Assembly: GCA_021613535.1 (NCBI GenBank)
Contig: CP075492.1
Coordinates: forward strand, 14,012,001-14,076,000
DNA length: 64,000 bases
Direction: 5' to 3'
Source of the DNA: Adineta vaga
Lineage: Eukaryota > Animalia > Rotifera
In this document: positions 50,783 to 64,000 of the stretch, piece after piece
Layout of the letters: each line of letters begins with the position of its first letter
How positions within the stretch are numbered: position 1 is the stretch's first letter
Translations under genes and position numbers: made by a program
Notes under the pieces: model-generated
Database searches by the model: none
The model's input: only the letters and a program-made list of their open reading frames with translations
What the model was told of the DNA's origin: nothing

Positions 50783-51450
50783 ATTTTCGAGTCAATTGAT
50801 GGATGAAGAGAAATATCTTCGATGTAGGACAAATAGTACAAATGAGATCATTTTTGTAGAAGACTTTTTTTCAACTCTATATCACCTTAAAGGTCATCAA
50901 GAAAATACTTTGAAATATTTTCATATTTAAATCAAAGAAAAGTACAAGTTGATTACTATGTAGATAATGGAAAATCTCTCGAGCATAGTTAAATTAATGC
51001 TGATTGCACGAGACAGTCTTTTTTCGCATGGCCATAAATTATCATCCAGTAATATTTTTTGATTGAACTGCGTTATATATACTTCCATTATAATTAGATA
51101 CCATATAGTCACCAAGTCTATCTATTTTGTTACTCTAGTAATAAATGATCGGCACCTTGACTTGATTATATGAAAGGGTTATTGAAGTGAGTAAAATGTA
51201 AAGAATATGAATGCAAGTTCATGTCAAATATTATATATGATTGTAACTTCGGATTGATCGAAAAATGGTGTTCATTTATATCGTTGAAATAGAATCATTT
51301 TCTGTATTTGTTAAATGCCAACGAACATTGATAGTAAAACAATTTCATTATGAACAATCATATTTCATAATGTGAAAAATAAGGATCAATTAGAATATTC
51401 ATTTGATACATTTAATTACAGTACAATGTGATTATCACAAAAAAAAGGAA

Positions 51451-52219
51451 TCAATATTTTGCTTTTTCATCGATTAATCCGATAGCTTGATGGAATTTCA
51501 ATTCAAATCTGTCTTCACCACGGTATCGGCTGGTTTGAATATACCATTTACCTTCAAATTGATTGAGTGTTGCATTCCAATTCAATTGTATGGTTACTTT
51601 ATGTCCGTAGTTTTCCGTTGTATTTCCTGTACCTGGTTTATATACTTTAGTCAAAGCAAGTCGATTCGTTTGAAACGAATAGATTCCATCAATAGAAAAT
51701 GCACCAATATCATCAGTTCCTTCTCCATCGACTCTTGACATGGAAGTATTGAATGTCAATGCTAATTGATGAGGTCCATGCCATCGATTATGTTGTTGAT
51801 AACGACTAGACCATATACCTGTTTGAAAATAAGCTTTGGAATACGTTTGATCTTTATCAGAAGGTGCACTAGCAATAAATGTTGTATTCGATTGCAATGA
51901 TTTTCCTTTACATCGATAATAACAATACATCGTACCAAATACAACAGCAATTAAACCAAAAATACCCCCAACTATACTACCCACTATGACACCTGTATTA
52001 CAATTGCTACCAGTACATCGACTACCGCTACTTATTCGACTTCCAGCTGTAATAAAATTTCATATTAATACATATATCGAGAAAGTAATCAATATTCACT
52101 CGTTTACCTCTGTAACTACTGCTACCCCCTCGAAATCCACCACCTCCACGAGCTCCTTGACAATCGACAATGACAATTAGAACAATTAGAACAAAGCAAA
52201 GATGGATTAGAATATGCAT
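51451..52219 (-). CDS. Type I single-pass membrane protein with a short Gly/Arg-rich ectodomain and an uncharacterised cytoplasmic beta domain, 2 exons (intron ~52048-52107)
   Basis: Signal peptide, ARGGGGFRGG, TM helix (IVGSIVGGIFGLIAVVFG), then a G.W...YQQ...GEGTDDIGAF...LTKVY...GKW domain. Confidence 0.7.
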
Positions 52220-52689
52220 AGTTTTGTATTTCGTATATAACCAGCACTATTTATTTAAATACGTATATATATATATATATAACGACTTTAAAAAATGAAT
52301 AACAACCAAGATAAGATATGACGCATGCTTTCAAACGAATACTGAGGAGAAATAAATATGTATACGAATATCTTTGACGACAGTGATAAGAAAAATATAC
52401 GTAAGTTGATGACGTTCTTCTGTCCTAACATAATGTGAAGACATCAAAGGCTAAAAGTTAAGACTATATCACTGAACGCATGATAAACTATTTGTTATCA
52501 TCTAATCATGAGTCTTTTTACGAGTCGAATTAGTAACCATCGAAAAGGTCTTAGAAGTAATAAAACAATCAGACACACCACACGAATACTGTGCCAAAAG
52601 AGTGTTTGCGGATCGTTAAATTTTGCACTGTATTTTTCTTCGAGAAAATATGATATATATGTACTCATTTCCATTGAAATACCTATCAA

Positions 52690-53604
52690 ATGTCCATTCT
52701 TATTAAAATTAGAAATTTCATTTTTTGAATATCGAAGAATTAAATTCCTGTTTGTGACGATGAATCGAATTATTTCGAACCATTTTCCAACTCTCAATAA
52801 ATTCTTTATTTTTTCCCATTTCTCCTAAAGTCAGACTCTTCTCGAACAGAAGACGTTTACGCCGTCGACAACATACAAATGGCAATGAAATCGCTTTAAT
52901 TCCAGCTGCTTGAGCAGTAATACCAGTGACAAATACATCTTCTAACCATAATTTTGGTTTCGTTTCATTATCAGTCGATATTTTTTGTAACAAATGTAAC
53001 GTATTCGGTGGAACATACCATTTACTGTCGAATTATCTATTAACTCGCCGTGAACATTTATGGCAGAAAAGATTCGGATTGGAAAGATCATCAATTGAAG
53101 TGATAAATCGGACAATATTTTCGATATTGATAATTGCATCATCATCTGTATATAAAAGCCATCGAGTTGGACAATAAAATTTTGTCCAAGTAAGTGTAAA
53201 TATTGATTTTAAAGTTAAATTATAATAATCATCAACGAATTTTCCCATTATTAAATCATGATATTGTTTATCTTCTTTGAGAAGTTTATCTAACAATTCT
53301 CCGTCATCTGTTGATCTTAAAACGAATACATATGGAATGTGATATTGTAGAACTTCAGGTAACCATGTTTGTCGAACCAATTGTCGTTGATGAAAGTTTT
53401 TTGTCGAAGATTTAATTGCAATGAATAATTGACTATTAGTATATTGAGAATCTTTACAAAGATTGAGTTTATGTAAAACGACATCATTTGTTTCCATAAT
53501 CTCTTCGACTGTGTGTAAATGTACATAGCTATAGCGGGTAGTTTAGTGAGAGTTTGTTGAATATGGATTATAATATAGATTATAGACAATACATGATTAA
53601 ACAT
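52690..53604 (-). pseudogene. Beta-1,3-galactosyltransferase (GT31)-like gene with several frameshifts
   Basis: IKS...NF.QRQLVRQTW, DDYYNLTLKS, TDDD, KWYVP, LEDVFVTGI are spread over three reading frames. Confidence 0.8.
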
Positions 53605-55329
53605 TTTTCGATTTTTATCTAAAACGATTAGAATAATGTATTACATTAGGAAAAAAAAGGATGCTCTTCCATTGAACAACATATCTTGAATTTTAATTTT
53701 TCTTAATTTCTTTTACCAAACTATAACTAAGCAAAAAAGACTTCTTTGCGATAAGACTATCGGCTTATATATTTCGTAACATTGAAATGCAAATTCAATA
53801 AGAACAAAGGTATCAATGAGTTTAGTCGCATTTTCAGGTGTACCGTACTGCATTGAAATAGGACTGCAATTCTATTGGCTACTCTTGGTAACGTTACAAA
53901 TCAAATTCGAATCCCTTCAGTCCAATGGTATGGTTAAAGGAAGCGATATTCTCTCCATAGTTAAGACAAACACTAGTCACATTTTGAAATGAGAACTTGG
54001 CGTTATCAATTGTAGAATAAGAGCTAACGATGAACGATGATCAGTTGGTATAATACACGCAATTAAATACACTAACAATAATGTATTTTCATGTATATAC
54101 ACAAAGATGTTCGTTAAACATCGATCATAATTAATAAACTAAACGCTCCGTAAAATACAGTCTTGGCGATTTTTGATAGAAGAGGCTCTAACGCTGATGG
54201 AGCTACGCTTTTCTTTATTTCTTCATATCATATATCGCATAGTTCTCACACAAAACATTCACTGATTCGTCACACAGTCGTCGATTCAATCTTCAGTTTG
54301 TACGTGCTCGACTCGACTCCTACTCACATATGAATCGAAACTTTGCGGTATTGTATATTTTGAAAGATATTCATTGTGACAATTTCTGGTCTAGGATCCA
54401 AGAACTGGTGAAATAATGGTGTATATATATATTTATTTCGTCGAAGAGAAAGAGAATAACTATACTGCACATTTCTTGCTCTGTATATTGTGCTTGGAAC
54501 GGCCAGTGCCATACTACAAGGAGAGTATCACACTTAATCAAGAACATGTGTTAAATCCATAAATAGAAGAGAAACAGAACCATGTAGTTGGGCTTTATAA
54601 ATACGAGGACAAATGTGTAGGTGCATATGATAGAATCAAGTGAATATGGTGTGATCGTTTTAGATTGTCACATTCATCAATTATTAAAATATTAATATCA
54701 ATAAAAGTTCAAATTTTCCAATACGCTTACTTCATCTACAAAACGAATAGACAACAAAAAGCAATTCCAATTCATTCAGAGATCATAGTTATTCATCAAG
54801 TCACAATGCCTCGACTCACCTCTTCACAAGGTTTGTTACAAACATATACACAAAAACTGAGGAGTAAATATTATTATTGATTACTGATCTTTTAATTAAA
54901 GGTCAGACTCAATATCACATGTGTATACTGAGAATGAATCAATAATCGATTATCAATACAAAGAAAGGTTGAAAAGATAAAAAATATATATTCAAATAAA
55001 TCAACCAAACGATTTTGATTTAAAAAACGAGAAGGTTTTGTCGTGTATTCAGTAGAAAGTAGATTCTAACAAAAGGTTTTACTCCACGTCAATGACAATG
55101 AACTATAAGTTTATAAAAGATGTCTTTCCTTTCGTTTCTGTATAATAGTCGTACTATTTGCATTATATTCAAAACCAACGCTAAAGAGTGTATAATAAGG
55201 TATAGATCAAATGTTCACTGCTAGCATCGATACAGGAAATATTACTCATGGTGAAAAGTATGTTGGTCAAGATGTTATCTCTGGACGATGAAGTAAAGTG
55301 TTTTATCGCATACTATGTGGCACTAAATT

Positions 55330-55800
55330 TAGGCCAACACTCTTCATATAGCCGGTGCAACTTCTCGAGAAGATCGAGTTGGTGTATAATGCTATGAAAA
55401 ATATAAAGAAGGATATATTGCTAAACGCACTGAAGCATTTCTATATCCAGAATATGCATTAATAGAAGGATACATACGAACCGAATTTATGCTCCAAGAT
55501 TTACTTTTACTAACTTCTGCTAGCCTAGATCTTACTCCCGGAATCTTATTCATATCAACACTTAATGCATCTACACAGGTAGTAGCTGATGTATGGATAA
55601 TTTATCTTACTGACCATGCTGAAAAAAAGAATCTATACAATCTTACCTTTCGGTTCAAAAACTTAGTTCGGCAACCCATAAGATTTTTCTTTAGATGTTT
55701 TTCTGCACTTGCTGGATTCTTTTTCCTTCTCGGTTCAATATTATACTTACCACAATATAATACAAGTCCATTTACTGTTAAAAAAATTCGTTTAAGAACA
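55330..55800 (+). pseudogene. Degraded membrane-protein gene fragment (YrhK-like resemblance)
   Basis: Hydrophobic stretch ALAGFFFLLGSILYLP; the surrounding frames are broken. Confidence 0.25.
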
Positions 55801-56188
55801 ATTACGATAAGTTGTTACACAACAACATTCATTAAATGGAATAAAACCATTTATAAATAGAAATGGAAAACAAAAGATGAAAGATAATAACCATTGAAGA
55901 AAAATAAAGAAAAACTTGAGATAAGGGTGAAAAACGAATTCGATATAATCGATAAATTGATTGTAAAAAGTATGATAAAAGAATAGATAATGAAGATGTT
56001 GAAAGAAGATAACCACTACGGAATTTACAAAGAAATGTTCTATGTAAATTTCTCTGAAAAAACTTGAGTAATTTAATTTATTCTTTTTTAAAAATAAGAA
56101 AAATTAATCTCTTCTACTCATTTCATTTTTAAAACTAAACTGTTTTCATTATGAAACTGTTATTTGAAAATTTCTATTAATTAATTAA

Positions 56189-58706
56189 TTAATTATCATT
56201 TGTTTTTTTCGAAACTAGCATTGGAACAAAATCATTGGATTCGTCGGAAAAAAATGGTTTCGTAATGTTCATTTCATTTTCGTTATTCTGTTCCTAGAAC
56301 AAAACTTAATTATAGTTAAATCATGATTATTCTATAAAATTAATATAAACCTTATCGTCAAGATCGTTTTCATAATCAATACCACACCGAAACCAATGAC
56401 GAACAGTATTTGGTAAGCAACAGCAACAAATATCATCGATTGTAATAATTAATTTTCGATCAATTTCATGCGGTTTAAGTGGACGAGTTAAATATGAGAC
56501 AATTAGACCAACAATAAGAACTGTACTAACTGCAATAAATGAATACCACATATAACTTATAGAATAAAAGTTAAACATTAGATTAGATCTAAAATATATC
56601 AAATGAAATTAATTTTAATTATTAGTTCAAATTACATACTTGTTTATTGGAGTAGAAAAACTTATTATTGTTGTTTCATTAATTGATAAAGAACAGTTTG
56701 TAGTAGATAAAGATAAACGTTCACTTTTTCTTTGATTGCTAGTTATTTGTGATCCGATAAAAATCCATAATGATATAACAATACCAGAAATAAAGCCAAC
56801 TGAACATCCGCGATGATTAGCTCGTGGAAAAAAGAAACCAAGAAAAAACACACCCATAATTGGACCTTGTAAAGCACCAAATAAAGATATTGTAGCATTT
56901 AATATAGGACCAAAATAACTAACTATGTAAGTTAATAATATAACAACAATTCCTAATATAATCGAAAAGATCTTCGAAATAAAACCTTGTCTTTCATCAC
57001 TTAATTTTCTACGTAATAAACCTTTATAAATATCTTCAATAATTACAGCTGCAAGACTATTTAAACCAGAAGATAATGTTGATAATGAACCAGAAAAGAC
57101 ACAAGCAAGAAAAATTCCTGGTAAACCTGATATATTACTTAATACTTCCATTACAAAATAAGGAAATATTTGATCGATAGATGAAATAAATTTACTTGTA
57201 AATGGATCACAATTAGCATAATATGCATAAATAATAATTCCAATGAAACAAGATAAAAGAATGATACATATTGAACATATTGCATTAATAAATAATGCTT
57301 GTTTAGCATCACGTGTTGTTCGAACACACATATATCGTTGAACTTGTGTTTGATTAAAACTAAGGTTAGATAGAATATTTAAAGTACCACCGATTATTAT
57401 AGACCAAATTGTATGACGAACTCGAGGATCAATACTGACACTAAGAAAAGAAAACGAAATCTTCTGTATAATTAAAGATCAAAGTTTGAAAAAGAATACT
57501 TATTAAATTGTATTCTACCACCTTTTGATGCAATCGAAAATACAGGACCAAAACCACCGAGCGTGATCAAACCTAAGAATAAATAGAAAATTTTCTCGAA
57601 TTATAATCCCTTAATATTACCTTGTATAATTGCTGAAAGTAGACCTATAAGCATAATTGATACTTGTAGAACATCTGTCCAAATAACAGCTTTCATTCCA
57701 CCCTAATTCAAAACATAGATTAATTAATTCATTATTTCCTTGATTATAACTACATACCACAGATGAATAAAAAGTACAAATAATTCCAATAGAAAAAACA
57801 GAAAGCCATATATTTAAGCCAGTAGCTAAATTAAAATAGTTTTCATTAACAAAAGTAAAGAATTTACTTACTCTGATTGAGTGCCAATGCTGGACCATAT
57901 AAAACAATAGCCATAGAAATCAACTATTAAAATAGTAAATATGAAAACAAAATAAAATTATTTATTAGTTTTTACCATTAAAATTGAGAAAACGAGAGAC
58001 ACACTAACACGTATTGTACGATCGAAGCGTTTTTCTAAGTACTATAGATAATAAATATTTTAATAAATAATAAATTAATATAAAATTTCAATATACTTCA
58101 TAAGTACTTGTACAGTTCATTTCACGAAATTTTGGCATAAATACAAATGCTGTTATTGTTGCTGCTATTGTCAAAGAAATAGCTAAAAGATAAATTCTAT
58201 TTTTATTCATATTCTGTAATAAAGAATTCGAATATAATTAATAAAAACTTTTCATAACAATTATTCTTTTCTCATTCTCTACTAAATATTTGCTAATTAT
58301 AAAATTTTATTCTAAAAGACTTCATATTACTTCGTACCACTATAGCAATACATAGTTCCATTCATATAAATTTCACTTGGTGTTCCGAGAATTGTATTAG
58401 CCGATAGAAACGATGCTGTTAAACTGAGAGCTACTGGAAGTACCTGAATAGAATTTCAATATATAACACAAAGAAATTAATTTTAAGTAAAAACTCACTC
58501 CAATTTTGCGATTAGCTATCATAGAAGAAAAATATTAATATTCATTAATGAAAAAAAAACATATTAAAATGATTACCGAGTAGAAATTCTTTTGCTGAAC
58601 TTTTCTTTGCTTTGAAAAATCCAAATATAATACCAATAACTGCCGATGTTAAAAGAAGTAAAATAAGAAGAACATAGTCTAATATATTTAGGGTACGTAT
58701 CATCAT
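56189..58706 (-). CDS. SLC5 sodium:solute symporter (SMCT/SMVT-like), multi-exon
   Basis: [11 protein letters not shown]..., [93 protein letters not shown]. Confidence 0.93.
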
Positions 58707-59941
58707 TTTTATTTTAAAATAATAATAATTGATTTATTTTAGAACATTTATAGAACTGTAATGTAGATATAATAATAGAATCTGTAAAATGGAATTTAGA
58801 GAGAAAAATTAAATAAAAACAATCTATTACAAATGACCTTTTTGTTTGTATTATGATCGACCTTCAAGAATAATTTTAAAAAAAAGGTTATCTGTTGATA
58901 AAATTTATCATCAATCGTAAATACTTTGAAATATTTTTCTTTATTTATATATGATTTCATTCATATTGAATAGAATAATATGTATTCATCAAAAAGAAAC
59001 ATATGATATCAAAATCACTGTATTAATTCGAAGAACATATTCGTCAAATATTATGTTTCTTAATCATCGATTTCATTGTACAGTGGCTTTAGAAAGTTAA
59101 AGATTGTATTCATTGTACTGTGTTCATTTGAAGGCAAAGGAGAAAAAGCGTTACTCTAATATTTCAAAAAATATTTTGTAGTACGAGCGAAGTTGGATCG
59201 GAGTATGAGTAAAATAATTGAAGTGATGAATTATTGAAGTAGCGCTTTTTCATTCCTGATCTTGATAAGATCAAATTATTTGAATTGAAAAAAAAAATGT
59301 TTTTGTTTTAATATAGATATTCGATACATTGATATTATGGTATCACTTTCTCGAATAGTCAATATATTTCATTAAATATGTTCCTACTATTTTCTCTCAA
59401 AATCATTTCTTCTCAATATTTGTCAATTTCTTCGATCCGTATTTCCATCCTTCATTGATACAAAGTGCAATTCCATTTTCAAAGTGAGTATATGCGAATA
59501 TAGACCGATCATATGTCGCTTCATTGGCAAAACAAACTACAACATGACAGCAAAAAAACTCGACAAGAATCATGAATTATGATTCAGCTAGAAGAAGATC
59601 ATAGCAATGTCCTATCGTTTTACGTCAAATATGTACTATCACGTTATCTCGATCAATATCAGGATGCGCCAGTTCGTATGATCATATTTATAAACCATTA
59701 TTTCATCTAATATTGTAATGAATAACGGATCACCAGATTAAAATGTTATAAAAATATGTGATTCCATTTTCCTCGAAGTAACATATACGAATGTACTGAT
59801 TTTCGGCGCCATCTATAAAATGTGTTCATTGAACAGTTACTATATCCTATCTTCTTATTTGTATAGTTTATTGACTTTATTGACGATATAAACTACTAAA
59901 CTAAAGTGTCCATATAACGTTAAGAATTATTATCATAAACT

Positions 59942-60670
59942 ATGTCGAATCATTCTAAAGAAGTACATTCTTTAGTTGATCGGTCAGAGAAAACGTCTCA
60001 TCCACTTCCTCGTCTTGTCTTCTCAGTTCTTCGTGCAATTGATCCTTATCTTCAATCACTCTTAATTTTTCATGGATTTGGTCATCAGCTCTTATCTCAA
60101 TTTGGTCTCACTACAATTCCTGCTGGACCGAAAGGCAAAGTACTAGTAGCGATGGCAGCTGGTTGTGCTTTGAAACAAATTATTAATATGGTTTACATCC
60201 TAGAAATAAAAATAGATTATTCAGCAGCAGTTGGTATATGCATTTATAACACGTTAACAAATTCGATTGCTTCACTTTCTTCTATTTATTATGGACCTTC
60301 GAATGAACTAGGTAATTTACAATATGTGGGCATTTCATTATTTTCTGTTGGCCTTCTCACTGAATTAATATCTGAACTTCAACGCAAACGATTTAAAGAT
60401 GATCCAGCAAATAAAGGCAAACTCTATACTGGTGGATTGTTTTCTCTTGCTCGTCATATTAATTATGGTGGATATAGTCTTTGGCGTACAGGAATGGCTT
60501 TAACAAGTGGAAATTATTGGTGGGCTGCTTTACAATTCTCATTTCATCTCTGGTACTTTACAACCAAAGGTATACCTGATATCGCTGGTTATTGCAGCAA
60601 AAGATATGGTGATGAATGGAAAAAATATGAACGTGATGTTCCAAATACTTTACTACCATATATCTGGTGA
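59942..60670 (+). CDS. DUF1295 / steroid-reductase-like membrane protein of fungal type, intronless
   Basis: LRAIDP.LQ, SELQRKRFK.DPANKGKLYTGGLFSLARHINYGGYSLWR, Y...RYG.EW..Y...VP..LLP. Confidence 0.85.
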   Translation: MSNHSKEVHSLVDRSEKTSHPLPRLVFSVLRAIDPYLQSLLIFHGFGHQLLSQFGLTTIPAGPKGKVLVAMAAGCALKQIINMVYILEIKIDYSAAVGICIYNTLTNSIASLSSIYYGPSNELGNLQYVGISLFSVGLLTELISELQRKRFKDDPANKGKLYTGGLFSLARHINYGGYSLWRTGMALTSGNYWWAALQFSFHLWYFTTKGIPDIAGYCSKRYGDEWKKYERDVPNTLLPYIW

Positions 60671-61003
60671 TCTTATTATGATATAGATTGACAATCTTAT
60701 ATTTTGAATAAAATATCCAAGCTTAAATGATTTGATTTTAGATTCCGATTGTATGTTGAAAAGAACTCAAACTTGCATTCGTATTCTTTGCCATTTCTAG
60801 CAGTCAGTGCAAACATTAAAATTACTTTTATTTAGGTGATAGCGTTCACTCCCTCTCGACTTCTCTCTAAACATAATAAGAAGATTCAACATAGATAGTT
60901 ACTTAAGTAATAAGTATCTTCGTGTCATACTTATTTTTATAATATCGCGTTGGAATAAAATATGAATTAGAATTATTTGGTGCGAATATGATTGAAGGAT
61001 CAA

Positions 61004-62757
61004 TTACATGATCTCTTCTGGTGCAATATGTTTTCTTTCTTGTAATTTAAATCGAATCAAATAATATTGATGCCGAATAAGTCGATAAAGCATTTCAATA
61101 AACTCCATAACAGATAGAAAACTAATACCAATCCATAGACCCGTTTGACCACCAATATTCGAAAGAACATCAACGATCGTAAGTTGTGCTGATTGTTTAT
61201 TTTCTTCTACGACTGTTGTTTCTCGGACTATGCTTAAAGCAAGATAATTTTTCTTTATATGATTTTCCCAATTTGTTGACCAATCGGTAGGTAATGGAAC
61301 AGTTGATTTTTCTACAAATGCTTTTATACCATTCATTTGCCATTCTACAGGTGATTCTAAGGCTGATTTTTGAATAAGAAATTCACTTATTAAACATTCT
61401 GTTGAACAATCAGAACAATATTTCTCTTGAAGATCTGTTGAACTTAAAAGTTCATCAACTGCTCGATCATAACATGGGTTAGAATGAATATATTTACAAA
61501 CAGGTGCTTGAACAGTTTTCTTGGTACTTGGTAAAACAAGTGATCGAGCATTCCACAGATATGGACTAATGCATCCACATTTTTCATATCTTTAAAAAAA
61601 AGAATTCACTCATTGGAAAGTTTTCTTTCGATTTTACTTACGCGTAAGTTTGTTCACAGAGTTGTTGACAAATACTCTGAGTATAACCATAATCTGCACC
61701 ATTGTAATAGTTTTCGTACATGATTTTCATGCTCAATGATACACGATCAGTACATGTTGTATAAGGAGGTGAGAGTAATGAAGTTGTCTTCTTTTTATAA
61801 CCTAACTTATGTTTATGTCCTGGATTTAAATAGATTCCTGCTGTTTCAATTGAAGGTAATTGAGTATTATCATGAACTAACGCAACCATTCCAACTCCTA
61901 AAAGTAAAACAAATAAAACTGTATATGATTACTGCATGTTGATATTTATCGATGCATACCTGTCCAATAATAAGGAATATATTGATGACTATGTACATAA
62001 AATTCCATTTCAAGTAATCCATTTCCACCATGTTCATTTCCGTATCGTACGTAATTTTCATTTGTCTCATTTTTCATTTTTGCATTGAATGTATGACAAA
62101 GTCCATGTGTTACCGAAATGAATGAAATGAAATTATCAATGGTACATGGATATGAATTGAATCTACATGTATAAAGCATGGATGAAAGCGAGTAGAAATA
62201 GGGATTCAATGATTGATTTGCATTAATACTATCAATGACGAACGATCCAATGTAGTCAACCATCGATAGAGGTAATTCACTTCGATTATTGGTATTTGTT
62301 GCGTTTATTCTATCAGTATAATTGTAGAACGCTTCGAGAAAGCGATCAAGACGAAATGGTCCAGCATTACAGATGCTAACTGCAGGAAAATATTGTGGCC
62401 ATTCTCGAATGATATTTATATCAATTTGTGTCGGATATTCATAATAGCTCAAGATAGATTTGACGACAAAATATATCATAACAATAGTAAAAGAAATGAA
62501 AGATATTGACCAGAATATTCGATTATGTATACTTTCACTACGAGCTATACCTGGAACACCATGCATCGATGTATTCAAACTGAATTCACGAATAATTGAG
62601 TGCCGATGCCGAAGTTTCTTTTCTTCTTCCTTTTTGTCTGTTTTGATGTGATCGGTAGATCTGTAATCGAATGAAAGTATAGATGAATTTGTGTCGATTA
62701 TATCACTTACTTTTGAGAAGTTCTAGGTTGATTTTTTGCGTACTCGTTTTCTCTCAT
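61004..62757 (-). CDS. DEG/ENaC (ASIC-like) amiloride-sensitive channel subunit, ~4 exons; start position approximate
   Basis: FSLNTSMHGVPGI, TM1, FPAVSICN, GLCHTFN, PPYTTC, Cys-rich thumb, LSNIGGQTGLWIGISFLSVME. Confidence 0.92.
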
Positions 62758-63608
62758 CTTCTTTGTATTTGCTTTGAAAATCAGAGTAGAAGTTTCAACG
62801 TGGAAAAAAGTGTTTTTCTCTAAAAAAAAACATTTAAAGTAATTACTTGGATGAGTTTTCTTTTCCGGTGAAGAAAAAACGTTTTGCTTTGTGATAAAGT
62901 CAAATGAGAGAAATGTTTTATTTACACTCTTACAATCTTTTTGAACAACTCTTCTCCATTAGTGCCTGAAACATATATATATATTGTCTACCCTTAAACG
63001 GTAAAGCACTAATATTTTTCGGTACTTTACTCGTGAAAAGTCTCGTTTAACTGTAAACGTGAGCGTTAAAAAAGAGTATGAACTCTGAAGCATCCTTTAT
63101 TTTTAATTCTATTTAATTAGTATTTGATTAAATTTGGTAAGAATCCAAATTATTTCCTCCGTAATTTTGATGTTCTAAATCAATTTCGTAAAACTTGTGT
63201 CGCATTATCATACAAATAAAACAGCTGGTGCATTTGTAATAATTGGAAATTTCTTTTACAAGAAGAATGGTCATGGGTTTTTCCCTGCATCGATGATAAC
63301 TATAAAAGAAGCAGTTCAAGACATAGATATTCTATATTAAGTTATTATATTTCATCTGAAACATTTTACGATAAAGTCAAATCTATTTCTCAATTGAAAT
63401 ATAGTAGTATATTCCTTGAAAGAAAACAGGAGTAAGTAAGTTACAACATCAGCTGTCTGATTTCATCAGATTATATTGACGGTACCATTTGATAATGAAT
63501 GACGCGTTTCAAATCTATAAAATTGTTAGAAAACGCATGATAAACTAGAGATTTATTATTATTTCATTTCAGATTCTCAATCGTCTGTGAAGGAATTATC
63601 AAAAAACT

Positions 63609-64000
63609 ATGGTAAACATATTTCTGTATGGGTATAAAAACTTTATTGCGTTTCTTCTTTCAGTTACCAGAAGATCTAAATAGAGCTCGTCTTTCTGTCA
63701 TAATTCATGATATTAATGAATGCCTTAATCAGAAAGATATCGAACGGGTAATTCAACAAAAAGTTAGTCAATCAACATATAAACTGCGTTTAGGGAAACC
63801 ATATGGTTAGTATACTTTATCGATGTAAATATCATTGCGTAAGAGTAAACCATTGTATAGTTGATGCTAATGGCGAACAACGACGCAAAGCTTATATAAA
63901 TTTTCAAGATAAAAAGCAAGTAGATGAGTTCATGAAAAATCGTCCATTCAAAGTTCATGGAAAAGAACTTAAAGTATCACGATATAATCCAAAAGATATT
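63609..64000 (+). CDS. RRM-containing RNA-binding protein, 3'-partial
   Basis: ATG|intron 63612-63663|LPEDL...VIIHDI...|intron 63807-63860|...KAYINFQDKKQVDEFMKNRPFKVHGKELKVSRY, an hnRNP-like RRM. Confidence 0.65.

Noticed and set aside
53895-53925. TTCGAATCCC resembling a tRNA T-loop
   Set aside because: No T-stem, acceptor stem or A-box can be formed around it.
56177-56194. (TTAA)n palindrome at the SLC5 stop codon as a piggyBac footprint
   Set aside because: A simple AT-rich microsatellite with no element ends nearby.

Overview
AT-rich eukaryotic genomic DNA with compact genes and many 50-90 nt GT-AG introns. The gene repertoire strongly suggests a bdelloid rotifer (Adineta/Rotaria-like); this is an inference, not a measurement. 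The repertoire includes five dispersed rhodopsin-type GPCRs, an NHL-repeat/EGF membrane protein, a cellular RNA-dependent RNA polymerase, FG-GAP and F-box remnants, (TGTGGG/TGAGGG)-like motifs, and several intronless enzymes of fungal or bacterial type. About 25 genes or gene fragments can be supported. The most notable structure is at ~15.2-17.1 kb: an internally deleted Mutator-like (SWIM/AT-hook) element with inverted 20-22 bp subterminal repeat arrays and telomere-like motifs. It sits beside, and probably encloses, an intact three-exon Josephin-family deubiquitinase gene, and its right end truncates a CmcJ/asaB-like oxidoreductase gene. Other highlights are a >8.7 kb intronless DUF6606/DUF3638/DUF3645 helicase-like gene with three 1-nt frameshifts, an ABCG half-transporter with an extra spliced N-terminal TM helix and an in-frame stop, and an RRM-RdRP. 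No rRNA, tRNA or CRISPR array was seen.
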